A DNA stretch of 64,000 bases from the human T2T-CHM13v2.0 reference genome, Homo sapiens, in assembly GCF_009914755.1 (NCBI RefSeq), contig NC_060934.1; one strand, 5' to 3'. The notes under the pieces were generated by a model, which saw nothing but the letters and a program-made list of their open reading frames with translations, had not been told where the DNA came from and searched no databases. Positions 17,558-37,516 of the stretch are shown here, piece by piece. The position numbers and the translations under genes are program-made. Position 1 is the first letter of the stretch. Every line of letters begins with the position of its first letter.

Positions 17558-18105
17558 GTCACATACATGATACACAAACTACTCAACCAAATGACAAGAG
17601 GAATTAAGCATGCTCAGATATAAAGAGACAAGAAGTCAATAATCAAACCCTTATTTAGAAAGTGCCACATATAATAGGGTAATTAAAACTTAAACATCTG
17701 GAGAAAACACAGTGTTTAATGCTGGTATGTACCAAGAGACCCGTAGGAATGACCAATGTATTCTGAGGAGCTAGGGTCCTCTTTATAGAATGAAAGTCTT
17801 AGAAGAGTCTCTCAGCAGGAATGATGTAAATTAAGTGGTGATAACACAGAAATGAGAAAAAACTGGAGTGTGAAGGGGGTGCAGAAAACATAAAGAACAA
17901 ATACTGTCTAGTTTTTTCTTTGCTAGATAGTGTGCTGAGACCACAAGGATAAAACAACTAAAAGAATTGGCTTTTCCAAGTAAAAAACCAAAACAAAACA
18001 CTTTTTTTTCCTTTTATTCCCCAGTGAATTCCACTAGGGGTTTTATATTCTTTAATCCTTGAAGATGTTACACGATCCTTGTGAAGGGAGAACAGCTTGG
18101 GTTAG

Positions 18106-18524
<419 letters not shown>

Positions 18525-20744
18525 AAGTTTTTTTTTTTTCTTTGCTACATTTGTATTAGTTCTTCCCATCACCTTCTGCATCCCAGCTGTTCCTTTCCGG
18601 TACAGGTTAAATCATCTTTTCTTACAGCAGACTTTATGTGACCAATAAACCTCTGCTGACACAAACAAGCCTTGGGATTTATCATGAACTGGGGTGGGGG
18701 GAACTGCTCTCCCTCTGAGACATCGTGACAGATAGCCAGCCTGCCTCTCCTCTGGCACTGGGACCACTCAGCCTTTTCTTCTGGGCTAACCTCATATATC
18801 AGCGGCCAGATGCAGGTTTCCTTTGAAAGAACAATCTAGGCTAATACCTAGGACCCCTCTTTCTATCTCTTAGTCAAGATTTCTTACACTGACATATGTT
18901 GAGATTACAGTTTTTACTGTAACAGACCTAGCCAAGGAAAGCTGCTGTAATTTACAGCAGGCTTGCAGGGAAACAGTCGATGGATGATCATTAATTTAAA
19001 CTGTAAATAAGATCCTGCTTTATTCTGGACTCTGATCCCCGGTAGTACCCCTAACAAGCTGCCTGCAAAGGCAAGGCATGAAGCCTGCTGTTTCCAACAT
19101 GATGATTGAAGAACTGCTCTTGTCCGCACAAATGGCTAAAAATAGCTATAAGAATGTGAAGGCAAAACAGGTTTCCGGGAATGCTGAGAGTTACCCTGAT
19201 GTTGTCAGTTTTATTCCAGTTGCTCCCACTAGCGTGAAAAGCAGAGAGAAGTATCTGGTACAAAAGATTTTGACTTGCTAGATAGCACCGCGGAGACCTG
19301 AGAGAATTAATACAACTTTTTAAAGGAGTCTGCCCTTTTCACTGGAGGATAGCTTAAGTCCTAGAAGAATTGGAGCAAATGTGAGCACTGCCTTTGTTCT
19401 GCATAATTAACAGAGCCTGAAATTTCTTTCTTTTTGTTTTAACATAAATTCTCATTGATTGGAGAAAATATATTCACACTTTAAAATGTTGTGCAAGTAC
19501 TATCTCTTTGATTCAAATATGTCCTTTGGGTGGGCGGAGTACATATTTCATGGTGATAAATTCACCTTATAAGTAGAAAAACTATGCACAAATATACTGC
19601 GATGTCAACTTTATTGATTTGTGTACCATTGTTAAGACGTTCATCGTCCTCCAATATTTCTTAAATCTATCAGCATCTCAGAAAGTGACCATGAAGGCCT
19701 CATTTATCTATAGAGGAAAAGATCCCTTCCTTTAGGTTCACTCATAACATTGTGATTTAAACAGCTCAGGACCACCTCTGCTCTGAAGGGTAACAGTCCC
19801 AGAGAAAGCCATTCCCTCATAGTCATGCACAGGGACTTCTCTTTTTGTAGAACTAGGGTGTGTCAAGTCTTAAGAACAGTAAAATGCCCATGGCTAAATG
19901 CCCTTTTAAACGTCCTTCAGATAACTATGGACTAATTATGCAGCCTGATTCATGGTATATTGACTTGAGTGGATTTGATGGTTAGGCTCTTTGCTGTATT
20001 ATTACCTCTCTGCTTCCCTTCCAGTCTTAGCAGCTATATCTGGACTTGAGCATCTCACTCCTTAAGTCCTGCTCCTGAAACAATCCTGGAGTTTCTGGAT
20101 CATCACCATATATTCTGCAGCTACAGAAAAGCCTATAGTCAGATTTGATATTTGGCATCTTTTTTTTTTTTTTTTTTCATGTTTCTCTCTAACAGCATCA
20201 GTGAAACAGAGACTATCATTGATTACTCTGAGGTCTCTTCCAGGCATAAATGTCTTCCATTTTCCTATATTAGTTTACAAATGGAGAAAATGTAAATGAT
20301 TCACCCAGAGTCACCTGTTAGGTGGAAGTAGATTCAAGGCAGGGACTTAGATTTCTGAATCTTAGTTCAGGGATCTTTCAATTACAAAACGTCATGCCAC
20401 ATTTAGTACTAGAATATAGGACCTCTGAGGATGAGTTGCTGGCTTATTTCTCTTTACATCCTACAGTGCATAGCACATTGCCTAGCATACAGTTTGTTGA
20501 CTGTTAAATTAAATTTGCTAAAAATGTGAACTAGAAGAAAAATTAAGAGAGATTGTAAAAATCGATACAAAGCCAACAAACAACTAAATTTCATCATAAA
20601 AATAAAAGATATAAGTTCAGTTCCTTAATTTGGGACTGCATACAGCAGATCAAAATTGTTTAGGTGTAATTGTTGATGAAGTAGCCAGCCAATTAAGGGA
20701 AGATAGGAATGTTTGGGTGTAGTTCTAAATTTGTGAGGTTGACA

Positions 20745-20945
20745 GTATTGGTTGTGTGGTACTGTGGCCATCAGCCACCCACAGCTATATCAATTTAAAT
20801 TAATTAAAATTAAATGAAATTTAAAATCCAATTACTCAGTAACACTAGCCATATTTCAAACATTCAAAAGCCATAAATTGTTAATGTCTAAAGTACAGAA
20901 GAGCTTAGAAGAAAATTTCTATCATCAAGTTCTGCTGGACACTTC
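20745..20945 (-). mobile_element. MER3/MER33-type hAT-Charlie relic
   Basis: ATTTAAATTAATTAAAATTAAATGAAATTTAAAATCCAATTACTCAGTAACACTAGCCATATTTCAA core. Confidence 0.75.
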
Positions 20946-20964
20946 AGCAAGAAAAAAGAATGAA

Positions 20965-21195
20965 GAGAAAACATTAATTAAGCTTTTACTATTCTGTGCT
21001 AAGCACCTGAAATGCCTAATTTCATATAATCCTTACAACTTCCCACACGAGGTAGGTAGGTACTGTAACTGTCCCCCTTTTAAACCGAATCCCACTGTGC
21101 TTGGAGAGATTAAGTAAATCACCATGCTTATATACTTGGTAATAGGTTTAGCTGGGTTTTCTCTCTTCTTCTTACTCCAGAGTCTATGCTCAACT
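20965..21195. mobile_element. MIR
   Basis: tgtgctaagcac...tcatataatccttacaac...gaggtagg...gagattaagtaa. Confidence 0.65.
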
Positions 21196-21264
21196 GAAAA
21201 GTTATGCTGTTTCTACTGAAGAACTTGAAATGCTTACAGCCAGAATGAACATTACACTTTATAT

Positions 21265-21420
21265 TAGTGGTTCTTAATCCTAGATACCTATCAGAAGCAT
21301 CTGGGGAGCTTTAGTAAGATATAGTTACCTGAGCCCTAATCCAGAGCAACAGTGGTGGGGCTAGAGCTTGCACGTTTGGGGACCACTTTTGACAAGCAGC
21401 CAGAATTGAGAGTGATTGCT
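21265..21420. mobile_element. MER5B-like hAT relic
   Basis: agtggttcttaatcct...atcagaagcatctggggagcttt. Confidence 0.55.
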
Positions 21421-21799
21421 TAAGAGATATTTTCATCACCTTCCATATTCCAGATGGCAAAATGCAGACCCTACCCAAGGTCACTAACAGTAGCTAATGA
21501 AAAATCTGAGATGAGAACATAGACATCAGTGCTACCTTCATAACACATTATGGTTTAGGGTATGTTAATGAATGACACGTTTCTATTTCCTGATTAATAC
21601 TATTAGTTCATGTAACCTATGTACTACTTAACAATCGTATGTCAGAATTTGGAATTTGATAATGCAAGTTTATGAAAATAAAGGTATAGATGTAGTACCA
21701 CTCCCCTTCAGGGACAAATAAATGTCTTCCTCATTTAAAAACAATATTTTCTTCCTAAAAAATGACATACCTGAGGAGTAGATAAGCTCTCATAATAGG

Positions 21800-21980
21800 A
21801 GATGTATGACATAGTGGAAAAAGTATGACTGCTAACCAAGACGCCTTAACTCTAGTCCTAATTATGGCCATAACTCTGCAATGGGCACAAACTATTTCTT
21901 TCCTCTGAATCTCAGTTTTCTTATCTGTAAAATAACGGTGTTGTAGATGATGATCTCCAAGGCTTCTTGAAGCTAAGATC
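21800..21980. mobile_element. MIR/MIR3
   Basis: ctctgaatctcagttttcttatctgtaaaat core. Confidence 0.65.
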
Positions 21981-23567
21981 CATGCTCAGAAGGGACTAAT
22001 CTTATCACTCTTTCCAAGCTACTCTATTCTGCTAAATGCACTGCATTCATCCTGACATTTGTGTGCAGACTGAACAAACTTTAAAAATGAAACTTCCTAT
22101 CTGCTGCAGGACAATGCATTCACTTAAATTCTAGTTAATCTATTTGTTCCATGTCAAGGAAAAACTGGGACATCAGATGAAAATCCATCTTTTCTGCTGT
22201 CTTGTCAAGACTCATTCTGACTCTTCTGATTGACTGGTCAGAACTCTTACTAGAGAGTCAGCAGCATCCACCCAACAAGACTCATTCTTTGTAGCTGCCT
22301 TTTGGAAATGGTAATGATCTACCTATCCCTCACCCTCTTACATTCACAGCTGCTGATCTGAAAATTATGATGTGTCAGACATTTTACAATCTTAACATCC
22401 ATCAACCCATCTTTACATTTCTAATCCCAGATTAACTGTAATGGATTTTTAGGTAGCTAGAGTGGTTAGCCAACCAAGACAGAAGTCACATCATGAATGA
22501 GTAGCATGCTGAATATACATTTCTTACCTTACGCTTGTTGGTAGGACACACATAGAGATAGCTCAAAATGGTTTTCAAACCAACTTTATCATTCAGCTTC
22601 TCATAGGTTGTTCCATAATCGGTTGACCTATAATCCAAAAAGAGCATTAATGAGGACAGAAGTATATGTCATTTGGCTGCTTGTCAGTATAATGCATGCT
22701 TTACACAGTAGAATGGCTCTCAGGAGGTTTCTCAATGATTCATGTAGTATATAATGATGCTTAATTATGTACACAGTAGCATCATGTGAGTGGTTAAAAT
22801 TTGCATTTAGATTGAATTGGTAAAAATTAAAACTCCATCTCTCTACTGCTCCTTAATGTACGCACATTGCATAAAGAATGTGGTTAATTTAAAAAGATTA
22901 AGAGATGAGGGTGTCCCTTGATTTGACCAAAGAATTAAAGAGTTTTTAGTCAGATATGACATTTCCAAACTTTTACTTTATGTTTGGCCCAGTAGAAAAG
23001 CAGGTTCTCCTGATTTATCAACAAATTGTGTTTTCTTTCATGAGTCAGGGAATATATGGTGGGTCAGTCCCTTCAAAGGTCAGTCAGTCTTTTCTTATTA
23101 TTTAAGAGCAAGAAAATGTCTCAATAATCAGTGAGATTTCATGAATTTCATACTCCATAGCCTTTTCCAGTGTTAAGCAATCCTGAGTCAGGAGGACATG
23201 ACTTCTCGACACTGACACTGTTTTTTCCTATAGAGCCTCTCAGCTTTAGCCATTGGTCAATAAATTATTCACTCGGATTAAATAAATTGCTTTTAATTAC
23301 CTTCTCTATGAAGGTCTACTCTATTTCAGAATTTTAATCTTATTATATCATCATGACAACTATGTACAATAGGGATTATTATCTGTCTTTGATGAAAATG
23401 GCTGAACTTCAGTGACTTATTCAAAGAAATTTAAAAAATTTCCTGATAAATGGACAGCTAGAAATTGAATTCAGGTATTTTCGCCTAGGCCCCATGTTGC
23501 TTTCATTATACCTCAGCTTTTTTTTTTTTTCCTTTTTTTTTTTTTTAAAAAAATTTAAAGAATATAG

Positions 23568-24257
<690 letters not shown>

Positions 24258-25016
24258 TCATTCATTCACATTTGTAGCACTCCTAAGACTTACCAGACAG
24301 TGTTGCTAAGTGTAAGGACATAGCACACAGCCTCTACTCTCAAGTATGTCACAATTTTATTTGAAAGAAAGAAATATAAACAAATATTTAGAATATGTTA
24401 AGTGCAAAGATAGAGATATGAGTTAACAATGCTTAGAAATTAAAGTTGATTTAATTCGAAAAACACAAAAATTGTAATCATCTTAATTAATTTCTGAAAC
24501 TGGTAAAAGTTACAAATTCCTATAGGCCATAACGACTAAGCAGAATTGCATGTTAACAACCTCACTACCATCCATTCAGTATACACAGTGGACCAAACAC
24601 TGGAGCAAGAAAGCTGCATAAAAGTGATCCTGGAGCTAGGAATTAAGGATTTATTCTGGCTGGAAATTCAAGATATTTCTTCCTAAAATTTATACATAGA
24701 TGGCAAACAGAAAACGGTCAACACTTCAGAGGATTTAGATGCCATTCCTAATCGCTGAGGAACAAAGTACTACGCAAAACTTCTTGAAAGAACTATGAAC
24801 CTTGAAAATGGGTAAGTTTAGAAAACAAAATTAGAAAGAGCATCACAGACTAGATGTTACCTTTGTAACAAAAATATATACCTGGCTTATTTCAGGACCA
24901 GTCTCTGCACTACTATAATCAAACACACATTAGCTTGATAGTCAAGAATATTTGAGGAGCATTCCAGAGCTATTTCACAGGATATCTTATTAATGAATCA
25001 CAACAAAACTTCTTAA

Positions 25017-25442
<426 letters not shown>

Positions 25443-26319
25443 CCTAGTCCACTCTTGGTGTTTTGTCTTTTTTTCCATTCTTATCTTAACCTCCTGAGTC
25501 AACATTCTCTTTCTTGTGTGTCTCCCGCATCTTGCTAGCCTTATTCTATCTCCTTTTATTGTACAGTTTTTTCTATTCATTATTCTGAACAATACTCACA
25601 AGTTCCAGAACAAAAAAACCAGATGCAAAATCTACCTGGGGGCGGGGATGGTGGGAGAAGAATGAAACATGTAAATACTGCTATATTAATAAATTTAGCC
25701 TGATGATAGGTGGAAATCGGTAAGACTACATGAGAGACAAGAAAATGGTTCAATTTTCCTAGTGGAATAATGAAAAAAGAGACTAAAAAAGTAGGAACTA
25801 GTCTATAGAGAGTGTGAAGAGTTTCTTATAATTTCTATTAACTTGATCCCTGAGCTACTCGATGAAGATTTTCACATTTAAAAAACAAGCCATAGAAAGG
25901 CAAATGAGGATTATATTATAAGGATGCTACATACAATCATCCTTATTTGCATGTGTGTGTGTGTTTGTGTGGGTGGGTGAGTGGGTGAGTATTAAACTCT
26001 AATCCCAATGTGACAAGATGACAATAGAGTGACTTAGTCAGATTTACATTAGCAACATTTTTTTCAGAAAGCTTACACTATATTATTGGACATTTTTATC
26101 TTATTGTAACATAATTCATCCACCAATCCAGATCCCTCAAGGTATCTATCATTATTTTTTGGTGCCATCACTTGTTTCTTGATTTTACAAAGCTCAAAAG
26201 TTAACCCAAATTTTGATAATTCTCCACTAGAGCAGAATTGCCTATTTAAACATCATGGCTTTGTAATAAGCAATTGATAGAGAGAAAATGATGCATTTTC
26301 ACACATCCAAGTGGTACAG

Positions 26320-27490
<1,171 letters not shown>

Positions 27491-28631
27491 GATCAAAGAC
27501 AAAGAAAAAAAAAGAAAGGTATGGATCTTAATTTCGTAAGAAAGAGGAACTATAAAATTATCTTAAATGAAAATTGCAAACAGAAATGCCAGCCTGGACT
27601 AACCATAAAGTGACTACTGTTGTAATAGAAAAACAAAAAACAAAAAAAGGAAAGGATCTTAAAATGTGTATCTTAAATAGTCATAATTAAGATGCGACAT
27701 ATGCAGCCTTGAATTCTTCACTTGTACCATTTTTAAAAAATCATTTCAAAGCAAGCATTTTTATTTTCAGGCTTTGTTTACAGGTTGACTTATCTATAAA
27801 TGAAAAAGAGAGCTTCTGTCAACACCTATACTGTGCCAGAAGAAGCTAAAAGCTTAACAAAATAAGCATTCCATGAAAATAAATCTGCAAGTGATTAAAT
27901 CAAGGCTTACTTTCTTCTGCTTTTGATCTTTAATCCTTACACTACGTTTTTACAAATATATCTTAGTAGCTTTTAGAACATTTGAAAGTATGTCTCTATT
28001 TAAGTATTTACTGTATACACAGAGCTGAAATAAGTCGCTCTGTGGAGTTCAGAAACCACCATCTGAGGCATCCCACCCGCCTTCCAAGAGGTTATTATCT
28101 TTTTGAGGTGGCAAAATCTCCTATCACGCTTGAAAAAAGGATCAGTATAGGATACAGCTAGTTTCCATAAGAGTTGCAGAAATGCAGTGTGTGACTGGAT
28201 TTCCTTCACTATAATCTTATGCCATCAAATGGGATGCTAAATAAACACAGAATCATTGTAATCTAAATTAACCCATAAGCACAATGATTGGCACAGAAGC
28301 AAACTATAAATGATAGCTTTTGTTACTCATTTTCTAACATTTTTTTCTTGATTGTTTTTGGTGTTCTTTGCTCAATACTTACTAAAACCTACAACGTGAA
28401 CCCTCAATGAAAACCCCAACCACTGAAAATAATTTTGAGTTAGGTTGCTTAGAAGAAAAGATATTCATAAAGCAATTACAACATTTTAAAAATGTAGCAT
28501 AATTTAGTCTATCATATCTTGAAGGATATGTGCTAGTAGTTTTAGGTGGTACTTGGATCACAGAGTTAATGGTAAGAACTGGAATATAAGCAATAAAGAT
28601 TCCACACTCTGCTTCTATAATAATTATGTCA

Positions 28632-28975
<344 letters not shown>

Positions 28976-29146
28976 CTAACAGACAACATCATAACAACGA
29001 ATGCTCTTTGAGTACATACAATGTTATCTGAGCTCTTCACATGTAGAATCCTATGAGATGGACACTGATATTAATATCACATGTTACAAATAAGGAAGAC
29101 TAAAAAGTGTAACTAGCCTGCTTAAGACTACAGAACTTGGGAGGTG

Positions 29147-29448
29147 CGCCGGGCGCAGTGGCTCACGCCTGTAATCCCAGAACTTTGGGAGGCCGAGGCG
29201 GGCAGATCACGAGGTCAGGAGATCGAGATCATCCTGGCTAACACGGTGAAACCCCGTCTCTACTAAAAATACAAAAAATTAGCCGGGCATGGTGGTGGGC
29301 GCCTGTAGTCCCAGCTACTCGGGAGGCTGAGGCAGGAGAATGGCGTGAACCCAGGAGGCGGAGCTTTGCAGTGAGCCGAGATTGCGCCACTGCACTCCAG
29401 CCTGGGCGATAGAGCGAGACTCGGTCTCAAAAAAAAAAAAAAAAAAAA
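29147..29448 (+). mobile_element. Alu (AluY), inserted in a MIR
   Basis: CpG-rich AluY; TSD aga(a/t)cttgggaggtgc. Confidence 0.94.
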
Positions 29449-30052
29449 GATCTTGGGAGGTGCTGAGTGCGCACTGGCCAGCATCCTTAACTCCATACTG
29501 CCATGCCTCTGTCAAAAGCCACCGGGAGAAATCTGCAGTTAAGGAGATGTATTCAGAAAACCTAGTTGAGCATTTTTTGGTAAAAGAAACATTAACTAAA
29601 ACTCTTTGAGGTTGTATATGGTGTAGACCAAAGCCTGGCTTTTCTTTATACCTATTAAAAGGCAGACCTGCCAGGGAAAATTGATTAAATAAAAAAAAAA
29701 AAAGTATAAGCAGAAACTCTCACAAGGATCTATGAGGAAAAGAAGGTATATCCTTTATCTGATCCAGCCTGACTCCTGTGAAGGCTGAAAATATGGACAA
29801 AGTGATTGGGCTCAACCAGTTAATGACTTGATGATGCCTCATTAAGATTAGCAAGATATCTCAGTCTAATAGAAAAAGCAAGTTCTTGAAGCAAAACACA
29901 ACTGGAATTAGTCACTCACTGTTACCCACTGCAGTGCCTACATGTATTAGTTGGACTCCTAGCCCACTTATGTTGCCCAGTGCAATGCCAATACGTCAAA
30001 ACTAGATTCCTATTCAGCTTTAACTCTGCTTATTTTTAGCAAACAGGATGTC

Positions 30053-30538
30053 TGTGGTCAGGAGTTCCTTCTTAGAAATAAACCAGCTGAAGTTAGCAAA
30101 ATCCAAAACTGCAGCTTACTCAACCTCTGAAGAACTTCTAGCTTCATTATAATCCAATTTCCATGCTGAATGACACTCCCACCAGTATCATGACAGTTGA
30201 CAGTCACCATGACAATGACTGGAGCAGACCAAGAAAAAATAGAAAAGAGGCAGCTCCTTGATTCCAGGAAAGTCTCACTCCCTTCAAAAGAAAAGCATAA
30301 ATATTCCTCCCCTTGCTCTTCAACCCAACCCCCTATGTTAAAGATACCCTGTATTTGTAACTGCCTGGTTCTCAGGAGCTGGGAAATTAATTTATGAGCT
30401 ATGTTCCCACTTCTCCAATTCCATGATGATTGAATAAAGACAGTACTGCTTGACACTCACTTTCAGTTTTGTGTATTGGCTTTTGCAACACCAAACAGGA
30501 AAAAGCCCCCTTTGGGGTAACTGAGACCCCCAATAACA
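30053..30538 (+). mobile_element. ERV1 solo LTR, MER41/MER66/LTR73-related
   Basis: TG...CA termini, family motif CATTATAAT...TGACACTCCCACCAG..CATGACAGTT, and AATAAA followed by a U5-like tract. Confidence 0.75.
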
Positions 30539-30689
30539 TCACTATCTAGTAGGCGGTCAGTGCCCTGGTTTCTACAACAAATAAATCTCTCAGTACTCCA
30601 CAGAATTTCATGTATAATTTGCATTCCAATTGTCACCTAATAGGATTGCAATATAATTGTGAGCTGCCTGATACCCAATCCCTCTCTTT

Positions 30690-31020
30690 TCTCTGCCTCC
30701 TCCCAACTCCACTCACATTCCAGTCTTGTCCCTTCACTTGGAAAGGTTTTTTTCCAGATACCTAATAGACAACTGTCTTATTGCTTTCTGAACAATGCTC
30801 ATGTTGTATGAAGTGACAGCCTCCCTCACCCACCCCTCAGCACACTCTGCCCTTCCTAGGTGCTTTTATTTTCTGTTCACAATATTTATCCCCATCTGAT
30901 AGATTTTTACTTATTTTTATTGTGTCTTTCTCCATGGGAACAGGGCTGATGTCTGTTTTGTTCACAGATGTCTTCCTAGCACTCAGAACAGCGCCCTGGG
31001 CACAGTAGGCACTATTTGCT
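30690..31020. mobile_element. L2 3' relic
   Basis: ctccatgggaacagggctgatgtctgttttgttcacag...cctagcactcagaacagcgccc..gcacagtaggcact. Confidence 0.65.
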
Positions 31021-33789
31021 TTTGACTACTTGCTAGCCTGATGGAGGCTTGCTTTTCTTGTGTTACCCAGTGGACTTCCATGAAATAAAAATTGAGAAGC
31101 TCATATGGTTTGGCAAGGACTTTTGGCTACAATAGCCCCTGCTGTTAGAAGATAAAATCAGCCGTGTGGAAAGAAGGGACACTAGGGTGGTGACTCGGTT
31201 CTATGCCCTCTACTTTTTTTAAATTAATAACCTTGATTTTTAGAGCAGTTTCAGGTCCACAGCAAAACAGAGTGGAAAATAAGTAGTTCTCATATAGCCC
31301 ATCCCTACACATGCATAGCTTTCCCCATTATCAATATCCTCCTTCAGAGTGTTACATTTGTTACAATCAAAGAACCTATAACGAAGGATAATGATTACCC
31401 AAAGTCCACAGTTTACATTAGGGTACATTCTTGGTGTTATACATTCCATGGGTTCTGACAAATGCATAATGACATGTATCCACCACTTGACATCATAGAG
31501 AATAGTTTCACTCGGTCAAAAATGCTTGGTCCTCTTCCTATTGATTCTTCCTATTCCCCTAACCCATACTAACCACTGATCCATTTACCCTCTCCATAGT
31601 TTTGCCCTTTCTAGAATGTCATATATAGGCATACCTTGTTTTATTGCACTTTATTTTACTTTGCAAACATTACATTTTTTACAAATTGGAATTTTGTGGC
31701 ATCCTGCAGGGAGCAAGTCTATTGGTGCCATTTTTCCAACAGCATGTGCTCACTTCATGTCTCTGTGCCACATTTTGGTCGTTCTTGCAATATTTCAAAC
31801 TTTTCCATTATTATCGTATCTGTTATGGAGATCCGTGATCAGTGATCTTTGATGTTTCTATTATAATCATTTTGGGGTGCCCTGAACCATGCCCATGTAA
31901 GATGGCAAATTTAATCAATAAATATTATGTATGTTTTGACTGCTCCAACAACCAGCTATTCCCTATCCCTTTCTCCCTCCTTTTCTTTCCTCCCACCCCT
32001 CAGGCCTCCCTCTTGCCTGAGATAAATGATATTGAAATTAGGCCAATGAATAACTCTACAATGTCTTCTAAGTGTTCAAGTGAAAGGGGGAGCTGCATTA
32101 AATAAAAAGCTACAAATGATTAAACTTGGTGAGGAAGGCATGTCAAAAGGCAAGACAGGGCAAAAGCTGGGCCTCTTGTGTCAAACAGTCAAGCTGTGAC
32201 TGCAAAGAAAAAGTTGTTGAAGAAAATTAAAAGTGTTACTCCACTGCACACAAGAATAAGAAAGTCAAACAGGTTTATTGCTGATATGGAGAAAGTTTTA
32301 GTGGTCTGGCTAGAAGATCAAACCAGCTACAACATTTCCTTAAGCCAAAACATAACCCAGAGCAAGGCCGTAATTTTCCTCAACTCTATGAAGGCCAAGA
32401 GGTGAAGACGCTGTGGAAGAAAAGTTTCAAGCTAGCAGAATTTGGTTCATGAGGAAAAAAGCCTTCTCTATAACGGGTAAGTGCAAAGTGAAGCAGCAAG
32501 TGCTGATACAGACACTGCATCAGGTTATACAGAAAATCTAGCTAAGATCATTGATGAAGGTGGCTACAGTAAACAGCAGATGTTCAATGTAGAGGAAACA
32601 ACATCCAATCAAAAGACGATTCCATTAGAATTTCAAAGCTAGAGAGAAGTAGCCAATGCTGGCTTCAGAGCTTTGAGGGACAAGCTGACTTTCTTGTTGG
32701 GGGCTAATGCAATTGGTGACTTTCAGTTGAAGTCAATGCTCTTTTATCTTTCTGAAAATCCTGGAGTCCATAAGAATTATCCTAAATCTATTCTCCTTGT
32801 GCTCTATACATGCAGCAATGAAGTCTGAATGATAGCACATCTGTTTACAGCATGGCTTATTGGATATTTTAAGCCCATTATTGAGACCTATTGCTCAGAT
32901 AAAAAGATTCCTTTCAAAATATTACTGCTCACTGATAATGTACCTAGTCATCCATGAACTCTGATGGAGATGTACAAGGAAATGGATGTTGTTTTCATGC
33001 CTGCTAACACAACATCTATTCTGTACTCCATGGATCAAGGAGTAATTTTAATTTTTAAGTAGTATTATTTAAGAAATACACTTTGTAAGGCTACAGCTTC
33101 CATAGATAGTGATTCCTCTGAAAGATCTGGGGGCAAAATAAATTGAAAACCTTTTGGAAGGGATTCACCATTCTAGAAGCCATTAAGAACATTCATAATT
33201 CATGGGAGGAGATGAAAATACCAACATTCATAGGAAGTTGGAAGAACTTAATTCCAATACTCATGGATGACTTTGAGGGGTTTGAGACTTAAGTGGAGAA
33301 AGTAACTGTACATGTGGTGACCATAACAAAAGAATTAGAAGTGGAGCTTGAAGATGTGAGTGAATTGCTGTAATCTCATGATCACACTTGAACCAATGAG
33401 GAGTTGCTTCTTATGGATAAGCAAAGAATGTGGTTTCCTGAAATGGAATATATTCCGGTGAATGTGGTGTAAACATTGTTGAAATGACAGCAAAGAATTT
33501 AGAATATTAAATAAACTTAGTAGATAAAGTAATGGCAGGATGTGAGAGAATGAACTCCAATTTTCAAAGAAGCCCTACCATGTGTAAAATGATATCAAAA
33601 CAGTATTGCATGCTACAGAGAAATTTTTCATGAAAGGAAGAGTCAATTCATGTAGGAAACTTTATTGTTATTTTATTTTAAGAAATTGCCAGAGCCACCT
33701 TAATCTTCAGCAAATATCAAGGCAAGACCCTCCACCAGCAAAAAGATTATAATTCACTGAAGGCTCAGATAATAATTCACATTTTTTAG

Positions 33790-34106
<317 letters not shown>

Positions 34107-34141
34107 CATAAAATATTTTTGATTAAAATATGTACATTGGT

Positions 34142-34483
<342 letters not shown>

Positions 34484-35137
34484 TTAATAGACTGTAGTAT
34501 AGTATAAACATAACTTTTATATGCACTGAGAAAGCAAAAATTCATTCACTTGCTTTATTGTGATATTTGGTTTATTGCAGTTGTCTGGAATCAAATCCAC
34601 AGTATCTGAGGTATGCCTATAGTTGAAATCATACAGCATCTAGCCTGTTCAGATTGGCTTCTTTCACTTAGTGATATACATCTCAGCTTCCTGCATGCCT
34701 TTTCATGGCTTGATAGCTTTTTTTCTAAGTGTTGAATAATGTCCCTTTGTCTGGGTGCACCATAGTTTCCAGTCACCTACTGATCTCAGTAAATCTCAGT
34801 TGCTTCCAAGTTTCGACAATTATAAATAAAACTTCTATAAACATCCATGTGCAGAATTTTGTGTAAACATGTTTTCAACTCCTTTGGGTAAATATCAAGG
34901 TATGTGATTGCTGGATTGTATATTGAGTATATTTGTTTTGTAAGAAATTGCCAAACTGTCTCCCAAAGTGACTGTATCATTTTGCATTCTGACCAGCAGT
35001 GAATCAGAGTTCCTGTTGTTTCACATCCTTGTGGGCATTTGGTGTTCTCAGTGTTTTAGATTTTGCCCATTTTAATAGGTGTATAGCAGCGTATCATTTT
35101 TTTTATTTGTAATTCCCTAAAGACATACGAGGTTTAA

Positions 35138-35497
<360 letters not shown>

Positions 35498-35531
35498 TGA
35501 GATGTCTGTTCAGGCTCTTTGTCATTTTTAA

Positions 35532-37516
<1,985 letters not shown>

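Noticed and set aside
32178-32405. CENP-B-like ORF as a domesticated TIGD gene
   Set aside because: It is a fragment of a Tigger1 transposase with many stops and frameshifts on both sides.
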